Counted from the stretch's first letter, positions 39,246-50,471 are shown. The stretch is DNA of 64,000 bases from Spirochaetia bacterium (GCA_963662265.2 CAXXHA010000035.1:160001-224000); one strand, 5' to 3'. The notes: a model not told the origin generated them from the letters alone. A program made the numbers and translations.

Positions 39246-42217
39246 TAGAAGTCCTCCCTTTTCCAGGAACTGCTTATAGCATCAATTGAAGTTTCAATTA
39301 CAGCTGTATCATTTTTCCTGATTACCATTTTTTCTGTATCTGTGGTTTTCCCGATAATTTTGCAGGGTGAGCCTTCCATTATTCTCTCAAAATCTGATGA
39401 TTTTTCTTCCGATACACTTACAATAAACCTTGAAGGAGATTCGCAGAAGAGAAGCCTTGCTGTCTCATCCGGAGAATTACCAGGCAGTTTGTCAATTGAT
39501 ATATCTGACCCTGTCATGCCGCCAAGTGTGCTTTCTGCAAGTGCCACTGCAAGGCCTCCGTCAGAAAGGTCGTGGCAGGAAGCGATGAGTCCCTTCTGAA
39601 TTGCTTCTGACAGACGTGTGTATGTCGAAAGAGCAGTTTCTGTATCTACAGAAGGAGCTGAACCGTAATATCCTCTTGAAAGCTTTTCAAAATATGTTCC
39701 GCCAAGTTCACCGTTAGTGTTTCCCAGGATGTAGATCCTGTCGCCCGGTTTCTTGAAGTCAGTTGTTACTGCCTTCTTTGTGTCATTAATTATTCCCATC
39801 AGTGAAACAAGAAGGGTTGGTCGTATTGAAACTTTCCGTCCGCCCATTCTTGCATCATTTTTCATTGAATCCTTTCCTGAAATAAGGGGCAGCCCGTATT
39901 CGATGCATGCCCTGTTAAGGCCCTTGCATGCTCTGACAAGCTGCGCAAGTTTGTATTTACCGTCAGGTGTGGTTTCTGATTCAACAGGATCAGGCCAGCA
40001 GAAGTTATCAAGAACTGCCGCAAATTCAGGATTTCCGCCAGATCCTATGTGTGCCCTGTATGCTTCATCAACCGCGCACATTGCCATGTCGTATGTATCC
40101 TTGTCGCTGTAACGTGGGCATACACCATGAGTTACAGTAACTCCTCTTTCAGATTCATAAACCGGCCTCAGAACAGCTCCGTCTGAAGGAGCGTCCGAGT
40201 TGACGCCTGTGAAGGGTTTTACAACTGAAACACCTCCAACTTCATGGTCATACTGCCTTACAAGAGATTCCTTTGAAGCAATATTTGGTTCATTGAGAAG
40301 GTCATGAAGCATTTTATTGTTGTCTATATTCTCTTTTACAGGATCTGCACCTGCAAAAGGTCTTTTCCATTCAGCTTCGAGTTCCATTGCAGGAAGGCCG
40401 TTATGGAGGAATTCTATTGAGAGATAGCAGGCAGGTTTATTATCATATCTGATATCAAGGTATCCAGTATCCTGGAATTCCCCGACAGTTGTCGCTTCAA
40501 CATCCCTCTTCTCTGCCAGAGCAAGAAAGGCATCGAGTTTTTCCGGTTTGACAGCGAGACTCATCCTTTCCTGTGATTCAGAAACAAGAATCTCCCATGG
40601 CGCGAGTCCTTCATATTTAAGGGGGCACTTTTCAAGATCAAGCCTGATCCCGTTTGAATGTTCAGCCATTTCTCCGAGTGATGATGAAAGTCCTCCAGCC
40701 CCGTTATCTGTTAAACCGTTATAAAGACCTTTATCCCTTGCTTCAAGGAGAAAGTCTGCCATTTTTTTCTGTGTTATCGGGTCCCCGATCTGTACTGCAG
40801 AGGTTGGTGAGTCTTCATCAAGTGCCTGGGAAGAGAATGTTGCACCGTGAATACCGTCCTTCCCGATTCTTCCTCCAAGCATGACTGCATAATCACCAGG
40901 TTCAACATGAGCTATCCAGCTCCCCTCATTATCTATTTCAGCAGGGAGTACACCTCCTGTTCCGCAGAATACGAGTGGTTTTCCAGTAAAGCTGTCGTCA
41001 AAAAGGAACCCTCCTGCTACTGTCGGAATACCTGACTGGTTGCCTCCGTCAATAATTCCGTGATGAACGCCCCTCAAAACTGTTTTAGGATGAAGAAGGC
41101 CTTCAGGAATTTGCGCTTCTGGTGTTTCAGGTTCTCCGAAACAGAGGAAGTTTGTATTGAAGAATGGTTTTGCACCTTTTCCGGTTCCCATTATGTCTCT
41201 GTTTACACCTACAATGCCTGTAATTGATCCTCCGTAGGGATCAAGAGCAGAAGGTGAATTATGTGTTTCCACTTTGAAGCAAACCAGGTGTTTATCGTCA
41301 AAATCAATTACTCCTGAATCATCATGAAATACAGACCTCAGGAATTTTCTTTTTTCTGACAGATCATCTGTGGTTTTCTTGATGTAGTTTTTAAAGACTG
41401 ATTCAATTCTTTCAGACTGCCCTGTTTCCAGGTCCTTGTAGTTGATGTTTGCCGCGAATATTTTATGCTTGCAGTGCTCGCTCCATGTCTGGGCAATCAT
41501 TTCAAGCTCAACATCTGTAGCATCTGATGTAATTCCCAGTTCTTCCCTTTTCTTGAGTGTTTCAGAGTCTGTAAAGTATTTTTTTAAAGACTGCATCTCA
41601 TCAAGAGTGAGGGCAAGGAGTCTTTCCTTTGAAATTTTCAGAAGTTCTTCATCAGAAGCATTCCTAATATCAATGTTTTCTACAGTTACTTCGCTTTTTA
41701 CAACTTTGTAGGGGTACAGCGGGGGAAGAGTCTTTTCTCCCCATTCTCTTCGTTCGATGAAGCGGGACTGCTGGATAAGAGGGTTGTAAAAGGCTTTTTC
41801 CAGTTTCTTAAGTGTTCCACTGTCAAGTTCCGGCGACTTTATCAGGTACTGGACCGCAGTCTGGATAACAGCATCTCTTCCTGTCTTGAGGGAGAGTGTC
41901 TCCTCAATAGTATTCCGAGCAGTGATAGCAACCGGATTTGTAACTCCTGGTCTGTATGTTACTTCAATAAGATATTTCCAGTCAGGCATCAGAGAAGAAT
42001 CTGCAGCAGATGTATCTGTTGCTGCCTCTTGAGCAACCGGATCTGAAAAAAGTTCTTTTGACAGGTCTGGAGTAAGTTCCGCTATACCTTCTGTGAGGTA
42101 TACATCCACCATTGCAAGGTTCTCAACAGCGTCGGTAACCGTGCTTCTGATAAGCGACAGAAGGCGTTTAGCCCGGCCGTCTATTTCCGAATTTTTATAG
42201 AATACTTCTGTTCTCAT
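39245..42217 (-). CDS. purL: FGAM synthase subunit with N-terminal PurS-like extension
   Basis: QTWSEHCKHK, KVETHNSPS, DGIHGA, VQIGDP, SESQERM, SGKDS, HDLSDGG. Confidence 0.96.
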   Translation of the reverse strand: MRTEVFYKNSEIDGRAKRLLSLIRSTVTDAVENLAMVDVYLTEGIAELTPDLSKELFSDPVAQEAATDTSAADSSLMPDWKYLIEVTYRPGVTNPVAITARNTIEETLSLKTGRDAVIQTAVQYLIKSPELDSGTLKKLEKAFYNPLIQQSRFIERREWGEKTLPPLYPYKVVKSEVTVENIDIRNASDEELLKISKERLLALTLDEMQSLKKYFTDSETLKKREELGITSDATDVELEMIAQTWSEHCKHKIFAANINYKDLETGQSERIESVFKNYIKKTTDDLSEKRKFLRSVFHDDSGVIDFDDKHLVCFKVETHNSPSALDPYGGSITGIVGVNRDIMGTGKGAKPFFNTNFLCFGEPETPEAQIPEGLLHPKTVLRGVHHGIIDGGNQSGIPTVAGGFLFDDSFTGKPLVFCGTGGVLPAEIDNEGSWIAHVEPGDYAVMLGGRIGKDGIHGATFSSQALDEDSPTSAVQIGDPITQKKMADFLLEARDKGLYNGLTDNGAGGLSSSLGEMAEHSNGIRLDLEKCPLKYEGLAPWEILVSESQERMSLAVKPEKLDAFLALAEKRDVEATTVGEFQDTGYLDIRYDNKPACYLSIEFLHNGLPAMELEAEWKRPFAGADPVKENIDNNKMLHDLLNEPNIASKESLVRQYDHEVGGVSVVKPFTGVNSDAPSDGAVLRPVYESERGVTVTHGVCPRYSDKDTYDMAMCAVDEAYRAHIGSGGNPEFAAVLDNFCWPDPVESETTPDGKYKLAQLVRACKGLNRACIEYGLPLISGKDSMKNDARMGGRKVSIRPTLLVSLMGIINDTKKAVTTDFKKPGDRIYILGNTNGELGGTYFEKLSRGYYGSAPSVDTETALSTYTRLSEAIQKGLIASCHDLSDGGLAVALAESTLGGMTGSDISIDKLPGNSPDETARLLFCESPSRFIVSVSEEKSSDFERIMEGSPCKIIGKTTDTEKMVIRKNDTAVIETSIDAISSSWKREDF

Positions 42218-42537
42218 AATTGCCTGTGAATTTATCAGAAAAGCCTCTTATGCTCAATATTCTGTAATAAGCACTTTTGAATAAATCCAGTAAATACAGA
42301 GAGATGCAGCATTATCAGGCAGAAAATCATGCTGCTGAATGATTACAGGGTAAGTATTTGCTTTTTTACAGTCTGTAAAGTGCTGATTGTTATAAGGTGA
42401 AAAGGGGACGGAGGATTTTTCTTTGAGGATTTCTTTTTCCGAATTGTCATCGAATATGTTTTATTGAAGTGAAAGAGCTTTCCTTTCCTGGAATCATTCA
42501 CAGGTATGGATATCTCTTCAGGGAAGGCGTTCTATTT

Positions 42538-42576
42538 AAAAAAAAGCCTGACTGCCGGGTATGACAGACAGGCTTT
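42538..42576 (-). terminator. lysA terminator
   Basis: AAGCCTG...CAGGCTT hairpin with an A-tract. Confidence 0.7.
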
Positions 42577-42614
42577 TATAATAAATTTATCAGTGTATAT
42601 ATTGCTTTGATATT

Positions 42615-43868
42615 TTACAGTTTTGAAAAATCAAGAGTTGCAAAAAGATCTTCTACAGTTTCAGCTCTCCTGATTTCTTCAACAGAACCGTCTTTTTTCA
42701 GAAGAAGCTCTGCAGATCTCAGCTTGCCGTTGTAGTTGAATCCCATTGCATATCCGTGGGCTCCTGTTTCGTGAATAACAATTATATCGCCGATGTTTGT
42801 CTCAACCATTTCCCTGTTTACTGCGAATTTATCATTGTTTTCGCATAGAGAACCTGTAACATCATAAACCTTGTCTTTAGCCCCATCTATGTTGCTCATG
42901 TTTGTGATATGGTGATAGGCGCCGTAGAGAGCAGGTCTCATCAGGTTTGCCATGCATGAGTCGAGTCCGATGTACTTCTTGTATGTTTCTTTCTTGTGAA
43001 GAACAGTTGAAACAAGGTATCCGTAAGGTCCTCCTACCATTCTTCCGCATTCCATTACAATTCTTAAGGGATCAAGGTTGTTTTTTGTGATTTTTTCTTC
43101 ATATGCTTTTTTGATTCCTTTAGAAACATATTCAAGATCAACAGCCTTGTCTTCAGGTTTGTATGGAATACCGATACCTCCGCCGAGGTTTATAAATTCG
43201 ATTTTTATATCAAGTTTTTCTTTAACTTCAATAACAAGATCGAAGAGAATTTCTGCTGTTTCAATGAAGTAATCGGGATTAAGCTCGTTTGATGCAACCA
43301 TTGTGTGGAGGCCGAATCTTTTTGCCCCTTTTTCCTTCATTTTTCTGTAGCCCTCAATCAGCTGCTCTCTTGTAAAACCGTATTTCGCCTCTTCCGGGTT
43401 TCCTATAATCTTGTTTCCTTCCTTGAGAGGACCCGGGTTGTATCTGAAGCATATAAGTTCAGGAACACCGGCTGATTTTTCAAGGAACGGGATGTGGCTG
43501 ATATCATCAAGGTTAATAACAGCTCCGAGATCCCATGCTTTTTTATATTCATCTGCAGGTGTATCATTTGAAGTGAACATAATGTCCTCCCCTTTGATAC
43601 CTACCTTGTCAGAAAGAAGAAGTTCCGGAAGTGATGAACAGTCTGCTCCCATTCCTTCCTCTTTAAGGATTTTCATTATATATGGATTTGGAAGAGCTTT
43701 TACTGCAAAATAGTTTTTAAATCCGCCTGGAACCCATGAAAATGCCTTGTAGAATCTTCTCGCATTTTCCCTGATTGCTTCTTCATCGTAAATATGAAAC
43801 GGAGTCTGGTGCTTGCTGATAATCTTATCAAGCTGTTCTTTAGTGAATGGTACTTTCTTTTCAGCCAT
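42615..43868 (-). CDS. lysA: Diaminopimelate decarboxylase
   Basis: TPFHIYDE, FAVKA, NLGGGIG, ECGR, RPALY, GSLCENND, GAHG..MGFNYN. Confidence 0.95.
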   Translation of the reverse strand: MAEKKVPFTKEQLDKIISKHQTPFHIYDEEAIRENARRFYKAFSWVPGGFKNYFAVKALPNPYIMKILKEEGMGADCSSLPELLLSDKVGIKGEDIMFTSNDTPADEYKKAWDLGAVINLDDISHIPFLEKSAGVPELICFRYNPGPLKEGNKIIGNPEEAKYGFTREQLIEGYRKMKEKGAKRFGLHTMVASNELNPDYFIETAEILFDLVIEVKEKLDIKIEFINLGGGIGIPYKPEDKAVDLEYVSKGIKKAYEEKITKNNLDPLRIVMECGRMVGGPYGYLVSTVLHKKETYKKYIGLDSCMANLMRPALYGAYHHITNMSNIDGAKDKVYDVTGSLCENNDKFAVNREMVETNIGDIIVIHETGAHGYAMGFNYNGKLRSAELLLKKDGSVEEIRRAETVEDLFATLDFSKL

Positions 43869-44195
43869 TGTTAACCTCTGTCTGTTTGTTTTTTGGGAAT
43901 CCGTTTTTTTTATGTCTGCTTCCTGACTTTTCTGTATATTCCCTTATTCAAGCAGATCCATTGTTTTAATAGCGGCCGGGTGGTCGGATTCCTTATATTT
44001 TTCCGGCAGCTGATTTAAGCAGTATCCCTTTTAAATGTTTAATCCGGGATAATTCATAATTCTGCAAGTCAGGTTTAAATGGATGGACCTGTTTCTATTT
44101 ATAACAATGTACAGAAATAAAAAAGTTGTTTCAATATTACAATTAGTGTATTAAAACTGTTTGTCACATATTTAATATTATTTTATTATGTATTT

Positions 44196-45995
44196 ATGGG
44201 TAAAAAATATTTTTCTGGAATTGTTAAAGGTTTCTTCAGATTTTTCAACAGGCTGCGGCTTTTTATAATCAATATAGTTTTCTGGGGAATTATAGCTGCT
44301 GTTGCAGTTCTCCTTTTTCAGGGGGAGATAGTTCCTGATGTAAATAAAAATTCTGTTCTAAAAATCTCTCTGAACGGTACGGTTGTTGAGCAGTATTCAG
44401 GAGGGTACCAGTCAGAAATTGAAGGGATGGTATCCGGAGGCGGTGAAATTCTTCTCAGGGATATAAGGGAAGTACTTGATTTTGCAGCTTCTGATGACAG
44501 GGTTACATCTGTTTTTCTTGATCTTTCAAACTTCCAGGGTTCAGGCTTTGCAAAGCTTCAGGAGATTGCCCATTCTATTGAAAAAATAAAAAATAACGGC
44601 AAGAAAATAGTCTGTTATTCTGATTCTTTTGACAATTCCTCATATTACCTTGCTTCGCATACTGGCACAGTAGTCCTTGATCCTCTGGGGGAGGTGAGGC
44701 TCCGGGGATTCGGCCGTTTCAGAAACTATTACAGGAAAGGGCTTGATAAGTACAGCATCAGGATGAATGTCTTCAAGGCCGGGGATTTCAAGAGCGCAGT
44801 TGACCCGTATCTGCATGAAAAGATGCCTGACAATGACAGGGAGGCTTTGTCCCTGCTGTATGACAGGCTTATGAAAATGTATGCTGATGATATTTCTGAA
44901 GGCAGAGGAATGAGCCGAGATCTAGTCTTTGACTACATGAAAAATTATCACATTTTTCTAAGGAATTCCGGTGGAGACGGTGCTGCGGCAGCGCTTGAAA
45001 ATAACTTTGTGGATTTTGTAGGTGATTTTGATTCTGCACTTAATATGATAGAGGAAGCTGAGGAAATTATCTGGACTAAGTATCTCAAGGTTGTGAAAAA
45101 GGAGAAAGCCTCCTCTGATAATAAAATAGCAGTAATTACAGCCTCCGGTATGATTCTGGACGGTGAGTATGAGCCTGGAAAAATAGGTTCAGAAACATTT
45201 AAAACTCTTTTTGAAAAAGCCTCAGACAGTCCTGATATCAAGGCTGTAGTTTTCAGAATTGATTCAGGTGGAGGGAGTGCTACCGCATCTGAAGTAATAA
45301 GAAGAGCTGTTGTAAAACTTAAGGAAAAAGGCAAGGCTGTTATCGTCTCAATGAGCAGCACTGCAGCTTCCGGAGGATACTGGGTATCGTCTGATGCCGA
45401 CAGGATAATTTCATACCCTTCAACCATTACCGGGTCTATAGGTGTCTTTGCTGTGCTTCCCGACTTTTCTGAATTCCTCGAAAAGTATTTCGGTATAACT
45501 GTGGATGGTTATTCATCGGTTGATTCTCCTTCTTCCTACAGGCCTGACAGGGAGCTTGATGAGAGGGAAAAGGAGATAATTCAGCTTGGTGTTGACAGTA
45601 CTTACAGCCGGTTTATTAATATTGTTTCTGAAGGGAGAGAAATCCCCCCTGAAGATGTAATGAAAATTGCAGGTGGGCGGATCTGGTCAGGTATTGATGC
45701 TGCAGAGAATAAACTTGTCGACAGCACAGGATATTTTGAAGATGCAGTTAACGCTGCTGCGGAGGCTGCCGGTTTGGCGGAATACAGTCTTTTATATCTT
45801 GATCCGGAAGAGGACTGGAAGAGCCAGGCATTCAGGGAGCTTGCTGTACTTGTGAAGATGTTAAAGTCTTCATCTGTCATATCTTTCTTTTCAGATATTA
45901 TGAAAGATTCACCGGTAAGCGGGAATGTTCTTGAATACCTTGAACCGGGCTGTTTCTACTCCTGGACATGGATAGATTCTGAAGAGTTGTTTTAG
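44196..45995 (+). CDS. sppA: Signal peptide peptidase, 67K type
   Basis: YYLAS, FKSAVDP, RIDSGGGS, AASGGY, TGSIGV, GRIWSG. Confidence 0.94.
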   Translation: MGKKYFSGIVKGFFRFFNRLRLFIINIVFWGIIAAVAVLLFQGEIVPDVNKNSVLKISLNGTVVEQYSGGYQSEIEGMVSGGGEILLRDIREVLDFAASDDRVTSVFLDLSNFQGSGFAKLQEIAHSIEKIKNNGKKIVCYSDSFDNSSYYLASHTGTVVLDPLGEVRLRGFGRFRNYYRKGLDKYSIRMNVFKAGDFKSAVDPYLHEKMPDNDREALSLLYDRLMKMYADDISEGRGMSRDLVFDYMKNYHIFLRNSGGDGAAAALENNFVDFVGDFDSALNMIEEAEEIIWTKYLKVVKKEKASSDNKIAVITASGMILDGEYEPGKIGSETFKTLFEKASDSPDIKAVVFRIDSGGGSATASEVIRRAVVKLKEKGKAVIVSMSSTAASGGYWVSSDADRIISYPSTITGSIGVFAVLPDFSEFLEKYFGITVDGYSSVDSPSSYRPDRELDEREKEIIQLGVDSTYSRFINIVSEGREIPPEDVMKIAGGRIWSGIDAAENKLVDSTGYFEDAVNAAAEAAGLAEYSLLYLDPEEDWKSQAFRELAVLVKMLKSSSVISFFSDIMKDSPVSGNVLEYLEPGCFYSWTWIDSEELF

Positions 45996-46302
45996 AAGCA
46001 GATAACATTTATCCTCCCTGTACATTCTTTTCACCCGTTGATAAAATATGTCATGTAGTGTATCCTAAGAGGTTAATAAGATAAGTGAATCTCTAAAAAC
46101 TATGTTTTTATTTTGCGTTATTTTATTCTGATTCAGACTCTTATATGATAATAATTTATTGTATGCAAAAACATAGTTTTTTTTTCTTATAGATTCACTT
46201 GCGGGCAGACATCTGAGGAAAAAACTCGCAAATGCGGTTTTACATAGGTGCCTGTAAATAAAACAATAAATAATTTGTATAATTATACATCCGGGGGGAG
46301 TA

Positions 46303-47493
46303 ATGGCAGTATCACAGCGTGTTTTAAAATCCATGGAAAGTTCTTCATGGATAAGGAAAATGTTTGAAACCGGGGGACAGCTTAAAGCCAGGTACGGTGA
46401 GGACAATGTTTATGATTTTAGTCTGGGAAATCCCAATATTGAACCTCCCGGGGAATTTACCAGAATATTAAGAGAATATGTCGGAAGAGATGTTAAAGGG
46501 ATGCATGCCTACATGCCTAATGCAGGTTATCCTGATGTAAGGGCCAAAGTGGCAGATTACATAAGCAGTACTGAGAATGTTTCAGTTTCTGCAGATTCCG
46601 TTGTAATGACATGCGGGGCTGCAGGTGCAATGAATGCTGTCCTTAAAACAATTGTAAATCCCGGCGACAGGGTAATAACCAGCACACCTTTCTTTGCAGA
46701 ATACACTGCATATGTCGACAACCATTGCGGAGAACTTGTTACTGTTCCCGGAAAGAGTGATTTTGACCTTGATGTTGAAGCAATAGGCAATGCTATTGAT
46801 GAAAAGACTGCAGCATTGATTATCAATTCTCCAAACAATCCGTCCGGCAGGATATTTCCGGAATCGACAATCAGGGCTCTTTCTGAAATGCTTGAACAGA
46901 AAAGAAAGGAAACAGGAAGAGCTGTATACCTCCTGAGTGATGAACCTTACAAGAAGATAGTGTATGAAGGAGTTGCTGTCCCTAGTATTCTTGCCAGTTA
47001 TAAAAATACAATTGTTCTTACATCATATTCAAAAGACCTTTCTCTCCCCGGAGAAAGAATAGGATGGCTTGCTGTTCATCCAGAAGCTGATGATTTCGGC
47101 AATCTTATGAACGGAATAATAATGTGCAACAGGATCCTTGGATATGTAAACGCTCCTGCTATAATGCAGAAAGTTGTTGCAGAGCTTCAGGGAGTGAGTG
47201 TTGATATAGATTTCTATAGAAAGAAAAGAGACAGGCTCTGTGAGATTCTTGAAGAAGCCGGGTTCAGTTTTATAAAACCTGAAGGTACCTTTTACCTGTT
47301 TCCTGAAGCTCCGGATGGGGATGATCTTAAAGCTGTAGCTGCTCTTCAGGAGGAGAGGATTCTTACAGTACCGGGAAGAGGCTTCGGTTCCCCCGGTTAT
47401 TTCAGGATATCATACTGTGTTGCTGATTCTGTAATTGAAGGTTCTGCTGAAGGTTTCAAAAAAGCATATAAAGCACTCACAGAAAAGGCTTAG
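46303..47493 (+). CDS. PLP-dependent aminotransferase (AspB/YugH-like)
   Basis: SSWIRKMFE, DFSLGNP, NSPNNPSG, SDEPY, SYSKDLSLPGERIG. Confidence 0.92.
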   Translation: MAVSQRVLKSMESSSWIRKMFETGGQLKARYGEDNVYDFSLGNPNIEPPGEFTRILREYVGRDVKGMHAYMPNAGYPDVRAKVADYISSTENVSVSADSVVMTCGAAGAMNAVLKTIVNPGDRVITSTPFFAEYTAYVDNHCGELVTVPGKSDFDLDVEAIGNAIDEKTAALIINSPNNPSGRIFPESTIRALSEMLEQKRKETGRAVYLLSDEPYKKIVYEGVAVPSILASYKNTIVLTSYSKDLSLPGERIGWLAVHPEADDFGNLMNGIIMCNRILGYVNAPAIMQKVVAELQGVSVDIDFYRKKRDRLCEILEEAGFSFIKPEGTFYLFPEAPDGDDLKAVAALQEERILTVPGRGFGSPGYFRISYCVADSVIEGSAEGFKKAYKALTEKA

Positions 47494-47956
47494 GAATAAA
47501 TTATTTATGTCTGTCTGAAATATTTTCTGGCAGACTGATTGATTAAAAATATTAATATTTAAAAAACATCTATACAGGTATAATTAAAAATCTGTATAAA
47601 CTTCACTGTATTTTAATATGAAAATAACTTGCCCTGTCAGGGTAGAAATATAAAAAAAGAAAACAGGAATAAATATATGACAATAGGTTGCGTTTTATTA
47701 TTTGTATCTACTTTAGCGTGCATTGCCTTTGGACTTATTCACTGGGACAAAAACAGCAATTCCTGAAAGCCTTGCTTGACCGGGAATCCCTGTTCTTTTA
47801 AAATAGGGCAGTTGCTTCATATAGAAGCGCTGTTCTGAAAGTTTATAATTTTCAGGTACCTGCTGCCGGGTTATATCAACCTGGAAGTTTAATCTTAGGC
47901 AGGCTCCTGTCAAATAAAAAAAGTCTTAACACTACTAGAAAATCCTTAAGGAGCTA

Positions 47957-49567
47957 ATGATGTCTGGAAAAGTGCTATTAGGTGATGAAGCTATTGCTCT
48001 TGGTGCAATTCATGCCGGTCTTTCCAATGCTTATGGGTACCCCGGTACGCCATCTTCAGAAATAATGGAATATCTTCTCGGGTATTCTAAAAAAACTGGT
48101 AATATTCATGCTGCATGGTGCAGCAATGAGAAAACTGCATATGAGGATGCTCTCGGAGCATCTCTTGCCGGTAAAAGATCAATTGTAACAATGAAACATG
48201 TGGGGCTTAATGTAGCTGCAGACCCTTTTGTTAACTCTGCTCTTCTGAAAATAAACGGGGGACTTGTCCTTGTTGTTGCCGATGATCCGGGAATGCATTC
48301 TTCCCAGGATGAACAGGACTCAAGGTTTTATGCTGATTTTGCAAAGATACCCTGCTTTGAACCTGTGAACCAGCAGGAAGCCTATGAAATGACCAGAGAG
48401 GCTTTTGAAGTTTCGGAGAAATTCAATATTCCTGTAATGATAAGAATTGTCACACGGCTTGCCCATTCAAGAGCTGTGGTAGATACAGGCGGGGAAAGAG
48501 CTCAGAATGAGAAGAAGAAAGCAGAAGATAAAAATACATGGATGCTTCTTCCTGCATATGCGAGAAAGCAGTGGGTTACACTTCTTCAGAAAAATGAAAA
48601 GTTTGTTGAATATTCTGAAAAAACAGATTTCAACCCTCTTTATATCAATCCTGATTATAAAAAAGTCGGTGTTATTACTTCCGGTCTCGGTAAAAACTAC
48701 TATGTAGAAAATGTCGATGATCTTGAAGAAAAACCGTCACATCTCCATGTCGGAACATATCCTCTTCCTGTGGATAAAATCAGAAAACTTGCAGATAATG
48801 TTGAAAAACTGGTTCTTCTTGAAGAGGGGTATCCTTTTATTGAATCAAAACTCAGGGGGATACTGCCAGGTAATATTGAGATTGCAGGAAAGCTTGATGA
48901 GCAGGTTCCTCCTACAGGAGAACTTAATCCTGACAATGTAAGACCTGTTCTTGGTCTCGGGGAAAGGGCGTGCCTTGCAGCTGTAGAAGCTGTTCCGGGA
49001 AGACCTCCCCAGCTCTGTAACGGATGTCCGCATATTGATTCCTATGAATCAATTACAAAGGCTCTTGAAATATATGATGAGAGTGTAGTTACTTCAGATA
49101 TCGGCTGTTATGCTCTCGGGGCACTTCCACCTTATTCTGCAATTGAAACAATTATCTGCATGGGAGCTTCTGTCGGAACTGCAAAAGGTGCTGCTGAATC
49201 AGGTCTCAAGCCTGCTGTAGCTGTAATCGGGGACAGTACTTTCTTCCATTCAGGAATCAATTCACTTGTTGATGCGATTGCTGCAAATACACCAATGACT
49301 CTTGTTATTCTTGACAACTGGATTGTTGCAATGACAGGCGGTCAGGAGACAATTGTTCCTTCATCAAGAATCGAAAGTGTTATTAAAGGGCTTGGTGTGG
49401 ATCCTGATCATATAAAGACAATTGTACCTATGAAAAAGAACCTCGAGGAAAATGTTAAAATCCTCAGAGAGGAGTTTGATTACCAGGGTATTTCAGTAAT
49501 TCTTTCTGTAAGGGAATGTATTGAGGAAACCAAAAGACGGCTTAAAAGGGAGAAAAACAAAAAATGA
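47957..49567 (+). CDS. iorA: Indolepyruvate:ferredoxin oxidoreductase alpha subunit
   Basis: YPGTPSSE, NEKTA, MKHVGLNVAAD, SSQDEQDSR, LCNGCPH, DIGCY, GDSTFFHSG. Confidence 0.95.
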   Translation: MMSGKVLLGDEAIALGAIHAGLSNAYGYPGTPSSEIMEYLLGYSKKTGNIHAAWCSNEKTAYEDALGASLAGKRSIVTMKHVGLNVAADPFVNSALLKINGGLVLVVADDPGMHSSQDEQDSRFYADFAKIPCFEPVNQQEAYEMTREAFEVSEKFNIPVMIRIVTRLAHSRAVVDTGGERAQNEKKKAEDKNTWMLLPAYARKQWVTLLQKNEKFVEYSEKTDFNPLYINPDYKKVGVITSGLGKNYYVENVDDLEEKPSHLHVGTYPLPVDKIRKLADNVEKLVLLEEGYPFIESKLRGILPGNIEIAGKLDEQVPPTGELNPDNVRPVLGLGERACLAAVEAVPGRPPQLCNGCPHIDSYESITKALEIYDESVVTSDIGCYALGALPPYSAIETIICMGASVGTAKGAAESGLKPAVAVIGDSTFFHSGINSLVDAIAANTPMTLVILDNWIVAMTGGQETIVPSSRIESVIKGLGVDPDHIKTIVPMKKNLEENVKILREEFDYQGISVILSVRECIEETKRRLKREKNKK

Positions 49568-50127
49568 AATATGACATAATCCTTGCAGGGGTCGGCGGAC
49601 AGGGTGTATTATCACTTGCCGCAATTATTGCAACAGGAGCAATGAAAGACGGACTTAAAGTAAGACAGTCTGAAGTTCACGGCATGGCGCAGAGAGGCGG
49701 TGCTGTTCTTTCACATATGAGGATTTCCGATAAGGAGATTGCAAGTGACCTTGTTGCCAAGGGAACAGCTTCTCTTATTATAAGCATGGAGCCTCTTGAG
49801 GTTGGAAGGTATGTAGATTACCTTGCACCTGACGGAGGGATTGTTACTGCATCAGAACCGGTTGTAAATATACCGAACTATCCTGAAATTGAATCAGTAT
49901 ATGAGAAGCTTAAAAAATATCCCGATATAAAGATTGTTGATTCAGCTTCACTTGCAAAAGAGGCAGGTTCTTCAAGAGCTACAAATATGGTAATTATCGG
50001 GGCTGCTGCTGACAAGCTTCCTGTAAAAGCTGAAACTCTTAAAGCAGCTATTAAAGATCTGTTTGCCGCAAAGGGGCAGGATATTGTTGATATCAACATA
50101 AAAGCCTTTGAGCTTGGACAGAAATAG
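49564..50127 (+). CDS. iorB: Indolepyruvate:ferredoxin oxidoreductase beta subunit
   Basis: GVGGQG, SEVHGMAQRGG. Confidence 0.95.
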   Translation: MKYDIILAGVGGQGVLSLAAIIATGAMKDGLKVRQSEVHGMAQRGGAVLSHMRISDKEIASDLVAKGTASLIISMEPLEVGRYVDYLAPDGGIVTASEPVVNIPNYPEIESVYEKLKKYPDIKIVDSASLAKEAGSSRATNMVIIGAAADKLPVKAETLKAAIKDLFAAKGQDIVDINIKAFELGQK

Positions 50128-50180
50128 ATTTTTTTGACTGCATCAAGACTGATGCTGATTAGATACTGTAAATAACAGAA

Positions 50181-50213
50181 AAACAGTCTGTTCCTTTCCG
50201 GAGCAGGCTGTTT
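50181..50213 (+). terminator. Terminator after iorB
   Basis: AAACAGTCTGTTCC/GGAGCAGGCTGTTT hairpin. Confidence 0.65.
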
Positions 50214-50471
50214 AATTTAAATAAGGGAATCCCGTAAATACTTGTCTGTTTGCGGGAGATTAATTTTATTTATAAGTTTAAATATGCCGATATATTTTAT
50301 ATTGCATTAAAGAAATAATGAAGCCACGGAAATATTGATTCTGCGGCAGACATTCATAAACAGGTAAAAAAACATTCTTCTTTAAAAACGTCACTTTAGC
50401 AGTGATTTTATCCTGGAGAAAGCCGGGTAGGGAACTGCGGAAAATATTTTGTAATACAACAGGAAAAGAAT

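Noticed and set aside
43869-44195. Lysine riboswitch upstream of lysA
   Set aside because: No AGAGGNGC...GAGCGCU core on the minus strand. The only AGAGG is the SD.
50221-50260. AAGGGAATCCCG resembling a cobalamin riboswitch start
   Set aside because: The downstream conserved elements are not found.
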